Both the position numbers and the translations under genes were made by a program. The notes under the pieces were generated by a model. The model did no database searches and was not told where the DNA came from. It saw only the letters and a list, made by a program, of their open reading frames with translations. A stretch of 64,000 bases of DNA from Octopus vulgaris (lineage: Eukaryota), in contig OX597837.1 in assembly GCA_951406725.2 (NCBI GenBank), positions 43,710,001 through 43,774,000 on the forward strand. Reading direction: 5' to 3'. This document shows positions 42,639 to 54,565 of the stretch, piece by piece (the first letter of the stretch is position 1; each line of letters opens with the position of its first letter).

Positions 42639-42879
42639 AAGGGTAATCTGAAATATTCAAAATTTCCATTACCATTGGCCTAGCGTGTAAAAGGCAAATT
42701 TAGTGGTAAAAGGCAAATTCCCTTTAGTCATTGTGTAACTAACAGAATTTTTGGTCAGTTTTCATGTTAACCAACTGTAGAAAGTATATTTTATCAAATT
42801 GTTTTTGTAAGGTTTGTAAATGTGTGTGTTTGAGTGTGTGTGTGTGTGAGTGAGTATGTATGTGTGTGTGTTGTGTGTA

Positions 42880-43038
42880 GAAGCGATGTTGGGGAGACAA
42901 TACACAAACATAGACACACACATACATATACATATGCATATACATATATACGACGGGTTTCTTTCAGTTTCCGTCTCCCAAATCCACTCAGAAGGATTTG
43001 GTCGGCCCGAGGCTATAGTAGAAGACACATGCCCAAGT
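42880..43038 (-). mobile_element. SINE A central fragment
   Basis: cgacgggtttctttcagtttccgtctcccaaatccactca...ggcccgaggctatagtagaagacac. Confidence 0.9.
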
Positions 43039-43080
43039 CGTTTGTTCGACTAGGTGCTACTGGCTTAATTGCGCACGATT

Positions 43081-43197
43081 CAAGTTAGAGAAGGGGTGCT
43101 TATTATACACAAAGTTTAGATTTTTCAGAGGTACAACCTCCTAAAAATCCCCTGCGTATTATACTCAAGGGCGGACTATACTCGAGGATTTACGGTA
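43081..43197 (-). mobile_element. Tc1/mariner-superfamily (Tc2/pogo-like) terminus
   Basis: Ends gcggactatactcgaggatttacgg-TA; reverse complement of 51296-51414. Confidence 0.75.
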
Positions 43198-43680
43198 TGT
43201 GTGTGTGTCAGCGCGCGTGTGTGTGTGAATGTGTGCGCGCGTAAGTGAATGTATGTTTCTGGTTTGCGTACAGAAGCACATACGCATACACATACATGCA
43301 TGCATACGTTTATAATATACACCCAAGAAACAGAAAAGAATAGTATGTACTTTTATAGAGGTCACCTGTCCTGTAGATATGAAGTATAAAGAAAGTTATT
43401 ATTGGCCAACTGCTTCGAGTAATTCCTAAGACATTTCTACGGAAATTATCAGTCATTCTTTCTCCCCCATAATTATTTATTTACTGAGTTACGTTACAAA
43501 GTACTAATCTAGAAAATCTGCCAATGTTTCAGGCAAAAAGAGAGAGAGCAACAAACAAGCAATTTGGAAATTCAGTTTGGAAGTAGAGCAGGGAAAGAAG
43601 TGCAAATATGGTCTCAATATTTTTTTTTTCTTTTTCGCTACAGCTCATCGGAAGAAAGAAAAAAAAAAGAATTAAAGAAA

Positions 43681-44093
43681 TAGGCGCAGGAGTGGCTGTG
43701 TGGTAAGTAGCTTGCTAATCAACCACATGGTTCCGGGTTCAGTACCACTGCGTGGCATCTTGGGCAAGTGTCTTCTGCCATAGCCCCGGGCCGACCAATG
43801 CCTTGTGAGTGGATTTGGTAGACGGAAACTGAAAGAAGCCTGTCGTATATATGCATATATATATATATATAAGTGTGTGTGTATATGTTTGTGTGTCTGT
43901 GTTTGTCCCTCTAGCATTGCTTGACAACCGATGCTGGTGTGTTTACGTCCCCGTCACCTAGCGGTCCGGCAAAAGATACCGATAGAATAAGTACTGGGCT
44001 TACAAAGAATAAGTCCCGGGGTCGATTTGCTCGACTAAAGGCGGTGCTCCAGCATGGCCGCAGTCAAATGACTGAAACAAGTAAAAAGAGAGT
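43681..44093 (+). mobile_element. SINE A, full length (reference copy)
   Basis: tRNA-like head (A box tggctgtgtgg, B box ggttcagtacc), CORE-like cttgggcaagtgtctt, internal TA/TG microsatellite, and tail ggcggtgctccagcatggccgcagtcaaatgactgaaacaagtaaaa. Confidence 0.95.
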
Positions 44094-44556
44094 AATGAAA
44101 TGAAAGCACGGAGATAAAGAGGAGAAAGTCTTATGGCGAAGTATGTGTGTTTTATTATAAATTATGATGGTAGATACAATGCAAGGTGTAAGTACAGGAA
44201 AAGGTGCTTTGCTTTTAACAAGGAGACACAAACAGGACGTTTAGTGACCACCACTCCTGTGTATGTGTGTAACGTGGGCGTTGGAGTTGTCAATGTTTAT
44301 TTGTGGTTTACGAATATTTTATTAACGTGCATATATATATGTAACAATACCAAATGTTTTTTCTCAAACCTTTCATAATGTGATACAAGTCTTTGGTGTA
44401 GCAATTGCATGCGGCTGAAGAGGGCTTCTGAACACTATCTGTTATGTCGATTATGCATTGATGTAAGAATAAGTTGTTCTATAAAGTTCGAAACATATGT
44501 ACCGCAACATCCTTTGCATCCTGTTTTTCATTTTATTTCATTTGATACAGATATAC

Positions 44557-44613
<57 letters not shown>

Positions 44614-44654
44614 AATAAAAAAGGGTGCAAGTGTGTTAGCCACATACCGAAAAA

Positions 44655-44893
44655 ATGTGTGTGTGTATATGTTTGTGTGTCTGTGTTTGTTCCCCCTCCC
44701 CCTTCCCCCAACATCGCTTGACAACTGATGCTGATGTGTTTACGTCCCCGTAACATTAGCGGTTCGGGAAAAGATACCGATAGAATAAGTACTTGACTTT
44801 CAAAGAATAAGTCCTGGGGTAGATTTGCTCGACTAAAGGCGGTGCTCCAGCATGGCCGCAGTCAAATGACTGAAACAAGTAAAAGAGTAAAAG

Positions 44894-44897
<4 letters not shown>
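44655..44897 (+). mobile_element. SINE A 3' half
   Basis: Starts at the internal microsatellite; intact tail with (agtaaaag)2. Confidence 0.92.
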
Positions 44898-44941
<44 letters not shown>

Positions 44942-45308
44942 ATTATTATTATTATTATTATTTCATTTACTTGCCACTAGGCCGGATGAGGGAAACAATA
45001 GAGACACAAAGTGTGGGGATTTACAAGTAACGAAATGATTTTAAAAACCCAAAAGGGTACGTATGCACGGTATACAATGAAAAGAAGGGGAAATATACAT
45101 AGCATGTATGATACAGGATGAGCCCCTAGGGATAATCGAGGAACCCCACTGTCCGAGATCTCCCTGAACCCGAAGAGCAAGTGCCCCTTCTTATTCCCTT
45201 TCTCCGAATCTCAGGTTTACACTCAGAAAGGTACCATCCACTCTTGCCATTTTCGTAACTTTCTACCCGTTTTCAATAAACTCATTCTTAGACAGCACTT
45301 CCTTCCAC
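44898..45308 (-). mobile_element. Probable LINE 3' end (L1/Tx1-like) with (AAT)n tail
   Basis: Minus strand: short coding remnant EVLSKNEF..KMARVDGT, a pyrimidine-rich UTR, then gtggcaagtaaatgaa(ata)n. Clade assignment is from recall only. Confidence 0.5.
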
Positions 45309-45440
45309 ATTTACAACGGAATGGACAGAAGCTACGTGAAATGAAGTGTTTTGCTTAAGAACACATCGCACCGGCATGTCCGGGAATGGAAACCACGACT
45401 CTGAAATCGTGTGTGCAACGCCTTAACCACTAGGCCACAC
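45305..45440 (-). mobile_element. SINE C head and CORE fragment, diverged
   Basis: cgtgaaatgaagtgttttgcttaagaacacatcgcac..ccttaaccactaggccac aligns with 6001-6104. Confidence 0.8.
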
Positions 45441-46069
45441 ACAATCCTTCAATGGAATGGTAATGCGAAATTCAGAAGAATTTGAACTCGAGATTCAAAT
45501 TCTCGAGTAGATCAATACCAGAAAAATCGGATATTTGTTCAACAACTGGCGCCCCCTACAACACACCGTCTTTCAAATATTACCATAAGCAATCAAAATC
45601 CTACATAACAAACTTTATGAGAACATTTAGTCTAGGCAGACAGCATTGTGATTAGTACACCTCAACTAGTTTCGCGTCACATAGAAAGTTACGAGTGTGT
45701 ATTCTAATGATAACCACGGCTATGTTAATAATATTGATAAAGAGGTGATTTCTTAATTAGGCGTGAAATAGTCAATGGAGCACGTACAATTGAATTGCAT
45801 TAAGCACATGATAATTAATGAACGATTTTGTAATGAAATAAATTTTCATCAGCACCCTGGAATGGTTGCGTAGCAGGAGCAGCACCAATCAATTCATCGT
45901 TGCTGTGTCTGTATTACTACATCATTTTAAACTTCTTAAATATGGAGATGAAGTTTTAGAGCGCGTGTAAGCACTTGAGCATACTCAGCTCCAAACCGCT
46001 GATACATTCATTTACAGGACTTGTATAATCGACACATGCAGCATCATAAACTAGATTACTGGTTCTACT

Positions 46070-46810
46070 CTCTCCGGGCCGGACTGCCCAACCTTGAGGT
46101 TACCACGGCACGACACCGCCTCTGCTGGTTGGGACACATTATACGTATGCCTCAAATGCGCCTCTCACCATCTAAAAAAACAACCTGTCAACTCCACTTT
46201 GTGGAGATGGCCTCAGGCACCAGACAACGCGGAGCTACCAAATTCCTTTTCCGACGCCAGCTCAAAGCCACTCTCCTGCGTTGCTCCATTGACCGAAGTA
46301 CCCGGGAGACAATCGTCAAGGGACCGCCCAAAGTGGCGGTGTGTCATCGTCAAGGGAACGGAGCAGACGGAAAATCACAGACGTCCAAGACTCAAAGAAG
46401 GACGTGCACTTTTTCGTCGTTCGCCAACCGTCCCTTGCGATAAATGGTTCTTCTATACCTATTTCTTTACTACCCACAAGGGGCTAAACACAGAGGGAAC
46501 AAACAAGGACAGACAAACGGATTAAGTCGATTACATCTACCCCAGTGCGTAACTGGTACTTAATTTATCGACCCCGAAAGGATGAAAGGCAAAGTCGACC
46601 TCGGCGGAATTTGAACTCAGAACGTAACGGCAGACGAAATACGGCTACGCATTTCGCCCGACGTGCTAACGTTTCTGCCAGCTCTTCTATACCGTCTTGG
46701 TCTGAATGGCCTCCTCGGGCACCGGCCCCTTCCGCACCCATCGAGATAAAAAGGCCCTTACAATAGATCAACTACTCGGATACGAGTTAATACCGCCGAC
46801 AACAACGAAT
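46070..46810 (+). mobile_element. RTE (BovB-like) LINE 3' fragment interrupted by SINE B
   Basis: RAGLPNLE..RHRLCWLGHIIRMPQMRL..EMASGTRQRG..QLKATLLRCSID..DRPKWR; continues after the SINE as CDK..RLGLNG. Confidence 0.85.
46460..46682 (-). mobile_element. SINE B, near full length, 11-bp TSD
   Basis: tcttctatacc at 46449-46459 and 46683-46693. Confidence 0.95.
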
Positions 46811-47319
46811 TGACATATATCAACTGACAATGTGTCTCTGTCAAATCAGTTTTATATTTTTCGTGTTAATTTCCCCCAAAGATAGATCCAGTGGTGGAAG
46901 GGGTACGAGTTTAACATATATTTGTCACCTGCAAGTTGAGAATTGAGCAAGGATTTTTGAGGAACCCCAGCAGTTTATTCATGAATACAAATCTCTACTT
47001 TCCATGCCATTAATTTTATCGGAATGGTCGATGCAGCATGAAACCAATGCCGTCGCAGTCATTGCTTTCAGAACATATAAAAAGCCGGAACAAACACCGC
47101 AAGACACTTTCCTCGATAATCTAACATTTCCGTTAATCTATAATCCTAGATTGATAGTTTTCTATCGAGCACGAAAGGATGAAAGGTTATAATTATCTCA
47201 GCAGAATTTAAACTCATCGCGCAAAGAACAGGAACAAATAAGGCGAGGCTTACGCAGTATGGCTCTGCCGATCCTTCCATTACCATCAAGTTGAAGCTAA
47301 TTTTAGATCTTATATATTA

Positions 47320-47636
47320 TAGGATCAGGCATGGCTATGTGGTTTACTTCCTAACTACATGGGTTCAGTTCCACTGCGTGGCATCTTGGGCAAGTGTATT
47401 CTACGATACCCGCGGGAAGATCAAAGACTTGTGAGTGGATTTGGTTGGTGGAAACTGGAAGATGTCAGTCGCTTGACTACCGATGTGTCAATATTCCTGT
47501 AACTTAACGGTTCGCAAAAGTAACCGATATAGAATAAGTACCAGACTTAAAGAAATACAAGTAATGGGGTAGATTCATTGGACTACAATTCTTTCAGGCG
47601 GTGCCCCAGCATGGCTGACTGAAACAACTAAAAGAG
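47320..47636 (+). mobile_element. SINE A, diverged, internal microsatellite absent
   Basis: Head and tail present; ggaaactggaagatgtcagtc joins directly to gcttgactaccgatg. Confidence 0.85.
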
Positions 47637-47658
47637 TATATATCATAACTGGACATAG

Positions 47659-48072
47659 GGCGGCGAGCTGGCAGAAACGTTAGCACGCCGGGCGAAATGC
47701 TTAGCGGTATTTCGTCTGCCGTTACGTTCTGAGTTCAAATTCCGCCGAGGTCGACTTTGCCTTTCATCCTTTCGGGGTCGATAAATTAAGTACCAGTTAC
47801 GCACTGGGGTCGATATAACCGACTTAATCCGCTTGTCTGTCCCTGTTTGTCCCCTCTATGTTTAGCTCCTTGTGGGTAGTAAAAAAATAGGTATTTCGTC
47901 TGCCGTTACGTTGTGAGTTCAAATTCCGGCGAGGTCGACTTTGCCTTTCATCCTTTCGGAGTCGATAAATTAAGTACCAGTTACGCACTGGGGTCGATAT
48001 AACCGACTCAATCCGCTTGTCTGTCCTTGTTTGTCCCCTCTGTGTTTAGCCCTTGTGTGTAGTAAGGAAATA
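47659..48072 (+). mobile_element. SINE B tandem multimer (full monomer plus headless second unit) in a 22-bp TSD
   Basis: TSD tatatatcataactggacatag at 47637-47658 and 48073-48094; 184-bp period (47706, 47890); A box tggcagaaacg, B box gagttcaaattcc. Confidence 0.95.
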
Positions 48073-48127
48073 TATATATCATAACTGGACATAGAAACGT
48101 TCGCGCGCGCGCGCACACACACACACT

Positions 48128-48159
<32 letters not shown>

Positions 48160-48399
48160 CGAGAGGAAAAGCGAGAAATCTGACAGGTTACCACGATTCT
48201 ACACTATGCTTTCCTTACTATGGAACCACAGAAGTGGCACCATTTCGTCGTCGTAGACGAGCGTTGCTCCCACCCTCAAAATGATAGATTCTCCTTCAGT
48301 TTCGTAGTATGAAAAAGATTGACTCTTGATTTCTTTCTGTACATGGTGATGGAAACTTAAAACCCCGAAATATTTCTACCAGCAACATCTTGAAATTTT

Positions 48400-48490
48400 G
48401 TGGGGAAGGAGACTAGTCAATTACATCGACCCCAGTATTTCACTGGTACTTAATTTATCGACTCCCGAAAAGATGAAAGGTAAAGTGGAC
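48400..48490 (-). mobile_element. SINE B-related fragment
   Basis: catcgaccccagtatttcactggtacttaatttatcgactcccgaaaagatgaaaggtaaagt. Confidence 0.8.
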
Positions 48491-48519
48491 TGTAGCAAAC
48501 CATTTCTACTACTTTCTTT

Positions 48520-48928
48520 CTCTTTTCTCTTTTACTTGTTTCAGTCATTTGACTGCGGCCATGCTGGAGCACCGCCTTTAATCGAGCATCTCGACCCCAG
48601 GACTTATTCTTTTGTAAGCCCAGTACTTATTCTATCAGTCTCTTTTGCCGAACCGCTAAGTAACGGGGACATAAACACACCAGCATCGGTTGTCAAGCAA
48701 TGCTAGGGGGACAAACACAGACACACAAACACACACACAGGCATATATACATATGCATATATACGACGGGCTTCTTTTAGTTTCCGTCTACCAAATCCAC
48801 TCACAAGGCTTTGGTCGGCCCGAGGCTATAGTAGAAGACACTTGCCCAAGGTGCCACGCAGTGCGACTGAACCCGGAACCTTGTGGTTGGTAAACAAGCA
48901 ACTTACCACACAGCCACTCCTGTGCCTA
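48520..48928 (-). mobile_element. SINE A, full length
   Basis: Near-identical to the 28818 copy. Confidence 0.95.
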
Positions 48929-49033
48929 ATGAGTACTAATGAGAAAATAAATTTTGCCACAAGGTCAGCAATTTAAGAAGTTACTCAATTCGAATCTCAT
49001 ACTTTCTCACTAACAACAAGTAAATTCTATTTT

Positions 49034-49936
49034 CCAGTTCACGCCGGCAAATACGCAAAAAACCATTTGATCCATGCCAAGAGGATTCATAACAAGGTCA
49101 AAAACCTTCATCAATGGCATGCTTTGGTTCTTCTCTGACAATAAAACCCCTGATCAGGACCAAATGTCTAACAGACGTAATGACAGATGGTTACGTACAG
49201 ATATTTTTGATGTTTCCAGCGTGATATCAAACAATGTTTACGATCCTATAACCCCAAACTTGTGGCTGCCAAACTCCCCAGATTGAAATCCCATGGACTA
49301 CTACATTTGCAGCGTTGTTGAAACGAACACTTACCGACATTCTCACAATATCATAGATTTTTTTTGTTTGTTTGTTCCTTCTCGAGCCATGCCTGGCTCA
49401 TAAGGGCCGGTTTCCCGGTTTCCTTGGCGTATAGGTTCCCCAGCTGAACGCGTCGCCGGTCCGTCGCAGGTGAGCTGCAAGATGCAGGAGGAAAGAGTGA
49501 GAGAAAGTTGTGGCGAAAGAGTCAGCAGAAGTTTCGCCATTATCTTCTGCCGGAGCCGCGTGGAGCTTAGGTGTTTTCACTCATAAACACACACATCACC
49601 CTGTCTGAGATTCGAACCCGCGATCCCTCGACTGCGAGTCCACTGCTCTAACCATTAGGCCATGTGTCTCCACATATATCATAGTTTCACTGAAGGCTGC
49701 TATTGTCTCGATGATGTCAAAAAAGAATTAGGACAATTTAGTGCAGACATGTCAAAGATTCCAGCTCCACATTCAAGAAGTCATCGAAATAGAAAGTAGT
49801 TTCATAGAAGAATCATATCAGAGAGTTTATCGAGAACAAGTGCACAATTTTTTATTAAAACACAGTGGCTTTTTCTAAATTAGAGTCATCTTATTGAATT
49901 ACCAAATATATCCTCAAATATCTTTCGCAGCCTGTA
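49034..49936 (+). mobile_element. maT/DD37D-type Tc1/mariner transposase relic, internally deleted, interrupted by SINE D1
   Basis: WFFSDNKTPDQDQMSNRRNDRWL, LWLPNSPD*NPMDYY and SLKAAI...CQRF...IEIESSFIE; ends cgcagcctg-TA. Confidence 0.85.
49357..49675 (-). mobile_element. SINE D1, tRNA-derived, V-domain-like 3' part, 9-bp TSD
   Basis: A box tggcctaatgg, B box ggttcgaatct, cctgcgacggaccggcg..gaaaccgggaaaccggcccttatgagcc, (aaac)n tail; TSD atatcatag at 49348 and 49676. Confidence 0.9.
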
Positions 49937-50786
49937 GTAAAACATCAATTCTGAACTAATGAGAAATCTAAAGATACAATACTTGCACTATGGCTATAGA
50001 TTTGTATCTGTGATTATTGGGGTTGTTTGTTAAGTAACTAAACACGTCAGAACTGATCTTGAGAAACTGGGTTTCGCAAAACCAATAGAATGCATTTCGC
50101 CTCGGAAGATTTCTAGAGAATAGATTATTTTACATTGCAACCGTTGTTTCGTCTCTGAGATTGACGTCAACGTGTATTGATTTTATCGAATTTATTGATT
50201 ACATTGATTACCCTGCCTATTTAGTATCTGTCTTATCTCTCTTTAGTACTTAAATCCCGTGAGAGATTCAGTTACGTGATCTTTAGTCGAAATTACATTT
50301 GATAATTTTGTTTATCACGTCGCGATTGTCTACTGGTATCACATCCTTTACGTCATCAATTATGAGGTCGATTCCCAGGGGAGCCACAAGCAGTCACCAG
50401 CCAAACAAAAGAAAATATCTTCGTAATGATTCGATCTGACAGCGAAACAGCGGCTAAATAACCACATAGTATAATTATTTCCAAACAACTGGTTTCATTT
50501 GATTAGATGAAATGTATATTATAAATTTGGTGTCTGGGCATACACAGTTTTGATCTTAAATTTTGGTAGAAACCAGAAAAAAAAAACTCTAAGAAAAATG
50601 TTCAAGCTCCTTTTTTTGTAAAACGTGTTAAGTTAAAAGAAAAAATAACTGTAACAAAAGTAAGAAAAGACGAGACTGTCACAACTGGAACGCCTTTGGT
50701 TGTAGGTGACCCCTTGAAGAACTGAAACTGGGATAAATATAAACATCAATAATAATTAAATAATAATTAATTCATTGGCGCACGCA

Positions 50787-51014
50787 CCTATTTCTTTACT
50801 ACCCACAAGGGGCTAAACACAGAGAGGACAAACAAGGACAGACACAGGGATTAAGTCGATTATATCGACCCCAGTGCGTAACTGGTCCTTAATTTATCGA
50901 CCCCGAAAGGATGAAAGGCAAAGTCGACCTCAGCGGAATTTGAACTCAGAACATAGCGGCAGACGAATTACCGCTAAGCATTTCGCCCGGCGTGCTAACG
51001 ATTCTGCCAGCTCG
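50787..51014 (-). mobile_element. SINE B, near full length
   Basis: High identity to the 46460 and 47659 copies. Confidence 0.95.
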
Positions 51015-51295
51015 CACACCATCAACAGATTAACTCAAATACATTTCTGTAATAAGGTCTCTGTTCACTGACAATATGGCATTTGTCCTCCACTAAAGAG
51101 AATCCTTATCATTCCGTTGATTTTACTCCCCTTCTCTGGAAAGTGTCATCAATCTATCCACCTCTTTGTGATATTACTGTATCAGTGCTATCTCACTCAT
51201 ATTTTATTCTAACAATCGTGTTAATATATATAATATATATAGTGTAGTAAACCCATAACTCCTCGAACTAACAGTTCCGTTAGATCGAGTATTAG

Positions 51296-51470
51296 TACCG
51301 TAAATCCTCGAGTATAGTCCGCCCTTGAGTATTATACGCAGGGGGATTTTTAGGGGGTTGAATCTCTGAAAAACCTAAACCTTGTGCATAATACGCACCC
51401 CTTCTCTAACTTGAGTCAATGTCTATATAACGTCCTTGGTTTGTAAAAATTAAATTTTTCATTATTGAAT
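51296..51470 (+). mobile_element. Tc1/mariner-superfamily (Tc2/pogo-like) terminus
   Basis: TA-ccgtaaatcctcgagtatagtccgccc; ~115-bp match to the reverse complement of 43081-43197. Confidence 0.75.
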
Positions 51471-52302
51471 TGATAAAAGGTGGGTCTTTTTTCTAATTTA
51501 TATATATATATATATATATATTATATTTTGTGAAATTTGATTTAGTATTTCTAAATTGAATTTTTTCCTGTAAGTTTGGAATGAAATTCCCTCATATTAT
51601 ATATATATATATAATATGTGTTCCAGCATGGCCACAGTCCAATGATCGAAACAAGTAAAAGATAAAAGATATAAATCCCAGTTTAGTATTTCCTTTCGAC
51701 GAGTCAGTCACACATAAACCTAGAAATAACAGCCAGTGTATTTATGCTCGAATAAAGAGCTTTGGTCAACATTTTATCAAATGTCTGTTCTATTTATTGA
51801 TCTTCCGATCAATAAATTTGAAAGAATACAACGTTTACGGCGATATTTTATAGTTTTCTCATCCGAACTCCATCAATAAACTTCAAACATCCAAATACTA
51901 ATTTAAAATACATCCGCATCCGATATTAAACCAGATTTTTCCCCCGCTACAAGATGGAACATTAACAAACACGTTTGCGGATTATCTGACTACAATAACT
52001 GATCTATTGATATAGTGGAGAGATAAGAGCGCAGACTAGATTAGTTGGCGATGATTTACTGTCTTGAAGCGAAGGAATTTTATATTGCAAAACAATAAGT
52101 TCTAACAGGAAGGTGGTTTATAAATTTGAAAAGTATATTGATTTCCGAAGTTCTACGCTTATCTACGCCTGAATATATGTAAGTATATATACATATATGG
52201 ATGTGTGTGTGTGCGTGTGGGTATATATATATATATGTATATATATATATGTATGTATATATATATATATATATACAGATCTATACTTTATACATATATA
52301 CA

Positions 52303-52337
52303 AACATTTCAACTAGCCTAAAGTATATATATATATG

Positions 52338-52407
<70 letters not shown>

Positions 52408-52430
52408 TATACATATATATATACATATAC

Positions 52431-52513
<83 letters not shown>

Positions 52514-52534
52514 CTTTAGGCTAGTTAAAATGTT
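52303..52534. repeat. Inverted repeat with (TA)n core
   Basis: aacatttcaactagcctaaagt (52303-52324) and actttaggctagttaaaatgtt (52513-52534) are 21/22 complementary. Confidence 0.9.
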
Positions 52535-52654
52535 CATGACATATATATATATACGTATATATATATGTGTGTGTGTGTGTGTGTTTGTGTGTGTGAATGC
52601 GCACGCGTATATACACACGCGCACGCGCGCGTATCTAAACATGTATCCTTTTAT

Positions 52655-52851
52655 CTTTTAGTTCTTTCGGTCATTGGACTCCAGCCATGATTCAATGTTT
52701 TGGTCGAACAAACCGAATCCGATTTATTTTCAAAGTCTGTACTTATTTCATCGGTGTTTTTCGCCGAACCGTTAAGTCACATCGGACTCAGCGAACCATC
52801 AGCGGACATCAAACGGTGAGAAGGACAAACATAGACACGAAGACGCAAACG

Positions 52852-52860
<9 letters not shown>
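52655..52860 (-). mobile_element. SINE A 3' half, diverged
   Basis: tttcggtcattggactccagccatg..gtacttatttcatcggtgtttttcgccgaaccgttaagtcac..ggacaaacatagacac. Confidence 0.8.
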
Positions 52861-52897
<37 letters not shown>

Positions 52898-52909
52898 TAC
52901 ATACATACA

Positions 52910-52942
<33 letters not shown>

Positions 52943-53273
52943 GCATACATACATACATACATACACACATACATACATACATACATACATACATAAATAC
53001 AAACACATACACTTACATGTATACATAGATATCATTTAATGCACGCAATGCACGCAATATAAAGACAAGAATTATTAACAGTTTCTTGCTGCGTAGACAC
53101 GTGGCTAAACACCTTTTTATAACATTCCTTGTGTCTCATTACTTGGAAACAAAGGGCACGTTATAAGATCTAATCTAATCACATCTCCTTGCAGCAAAGA
53201 AGCTATTAGTAGATAGTATCTTTTTTCTGTATACAATAAATGATATTTAGGTCACTAGATGTATACGTATATG

Positions 53274-53401
<128 letters not shown>

Positions 53402-54011
53402 TGGATAAGGCCGTTTTACCATAGGTTTCACATCTATAAAGCGTTTAGCGTACCATCAGATCCCAAGCTTGGTGGCTTATGGCCTCTCTAGCGAGCGGCC
53501 TGTCTAGAAGATAGTGGAGGAAAGGATCTCGCTGCCCAGTGTCAACTAGAGAGGAGTGTTTCCTTTTGGCTATCGATCGTAAATGACCCTGTTATCTTGT
53601 GGATTCCAGTAGGCCAGCGGGAATTTTCTGAAATGGAAGAACAGTCCGAAGCGGAACGGACGAGGATACTAAAGAACTCCGTACACTCGGGGAACTACGT
53701 TAACTCCCTCACTTAGCTTGATGACGTTGGATGGTGGCTAGCCATCTCATACCATTGACTGTTTGACCCTAAATAAACCTTTGAGACTTCCCTTAAGTGG
53801 TTGATAGTGCTTTTCTTTTTCTCCTCTGCTATTTCTCTTTCTTTTCCTCCTATTTTGATCCCTTAAAGGTGTTAATCAAAAAATACTGTCATGTTTATTC
53901 CAATGTACATTTACTTCGAAATAGCATTTTTTGTAAGTGAGACGAGGGTGCTAGTACGCATTACATAGCATTGGTATGAAAATTTGCAGATGTTAAATTT
54001 TACTGTCTATC

Positions 54012-54089
54012 CACCTGACGAAACCGAATTTTATTTATATAACAGTAATTGTTTTGTTCTTCAAGAACACATCTGAAACAGCTGTAGTG
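54012..54089 (+). ncRNA. Hammerhead ribozyme motif with intact core and long domain II
   Basis: cac-CTGACGA-(53 nt)-GAAA-cagctg-TA-gtg; stem II closes poorly. Confidence 0.55.
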
Positions 54090-54119
54090 AACCTCCCTCA
54101 GCTCATCTATGTAAATATG

Positions 54120-54202
<83 letters not shown>

Positions 54203-54271
54203 TTTCCTCCACCTCACTCTCTATTTTGTATCCTATCTAAATTAATTATTACTAAACCATCCCCTCACACC

Positions 54272-54323
54272 GTCTCCGATGAAGGGATATAATTGATAAA
54301 TATCCTGGAAACACCTGTAAGAC
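54272..54323 (+). ncRNA. Minimal type I hammerhead ribozyme motif
   Basis: gtct-CCGATGA-a-gggatat(aattgataa)atatcct-g-GAAA-cacctg-TA-agac, inside a ~190-bp cassette between two (TA)n tracts. Confidence 0.7.
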
Positions 54324-54390
54324 CTTCTGTCTATAAACGTTCTAATATCTACACAGCCTTGGTTTTTTATCTCATTACCCAAAAACTTCT

Positions 54391-54447
<57 letters not shown>

Positions 54448-54565
54448 GGAGTTAGAATTTAGACGTAGGCAGATAAACAGAAGCAGGCTTAATTCGTATC
54501 TCACCATGGAATGCAAAATATAGAGTAAGGAATAATGTAAACAAAACAGTTATATCTTAATTTTA

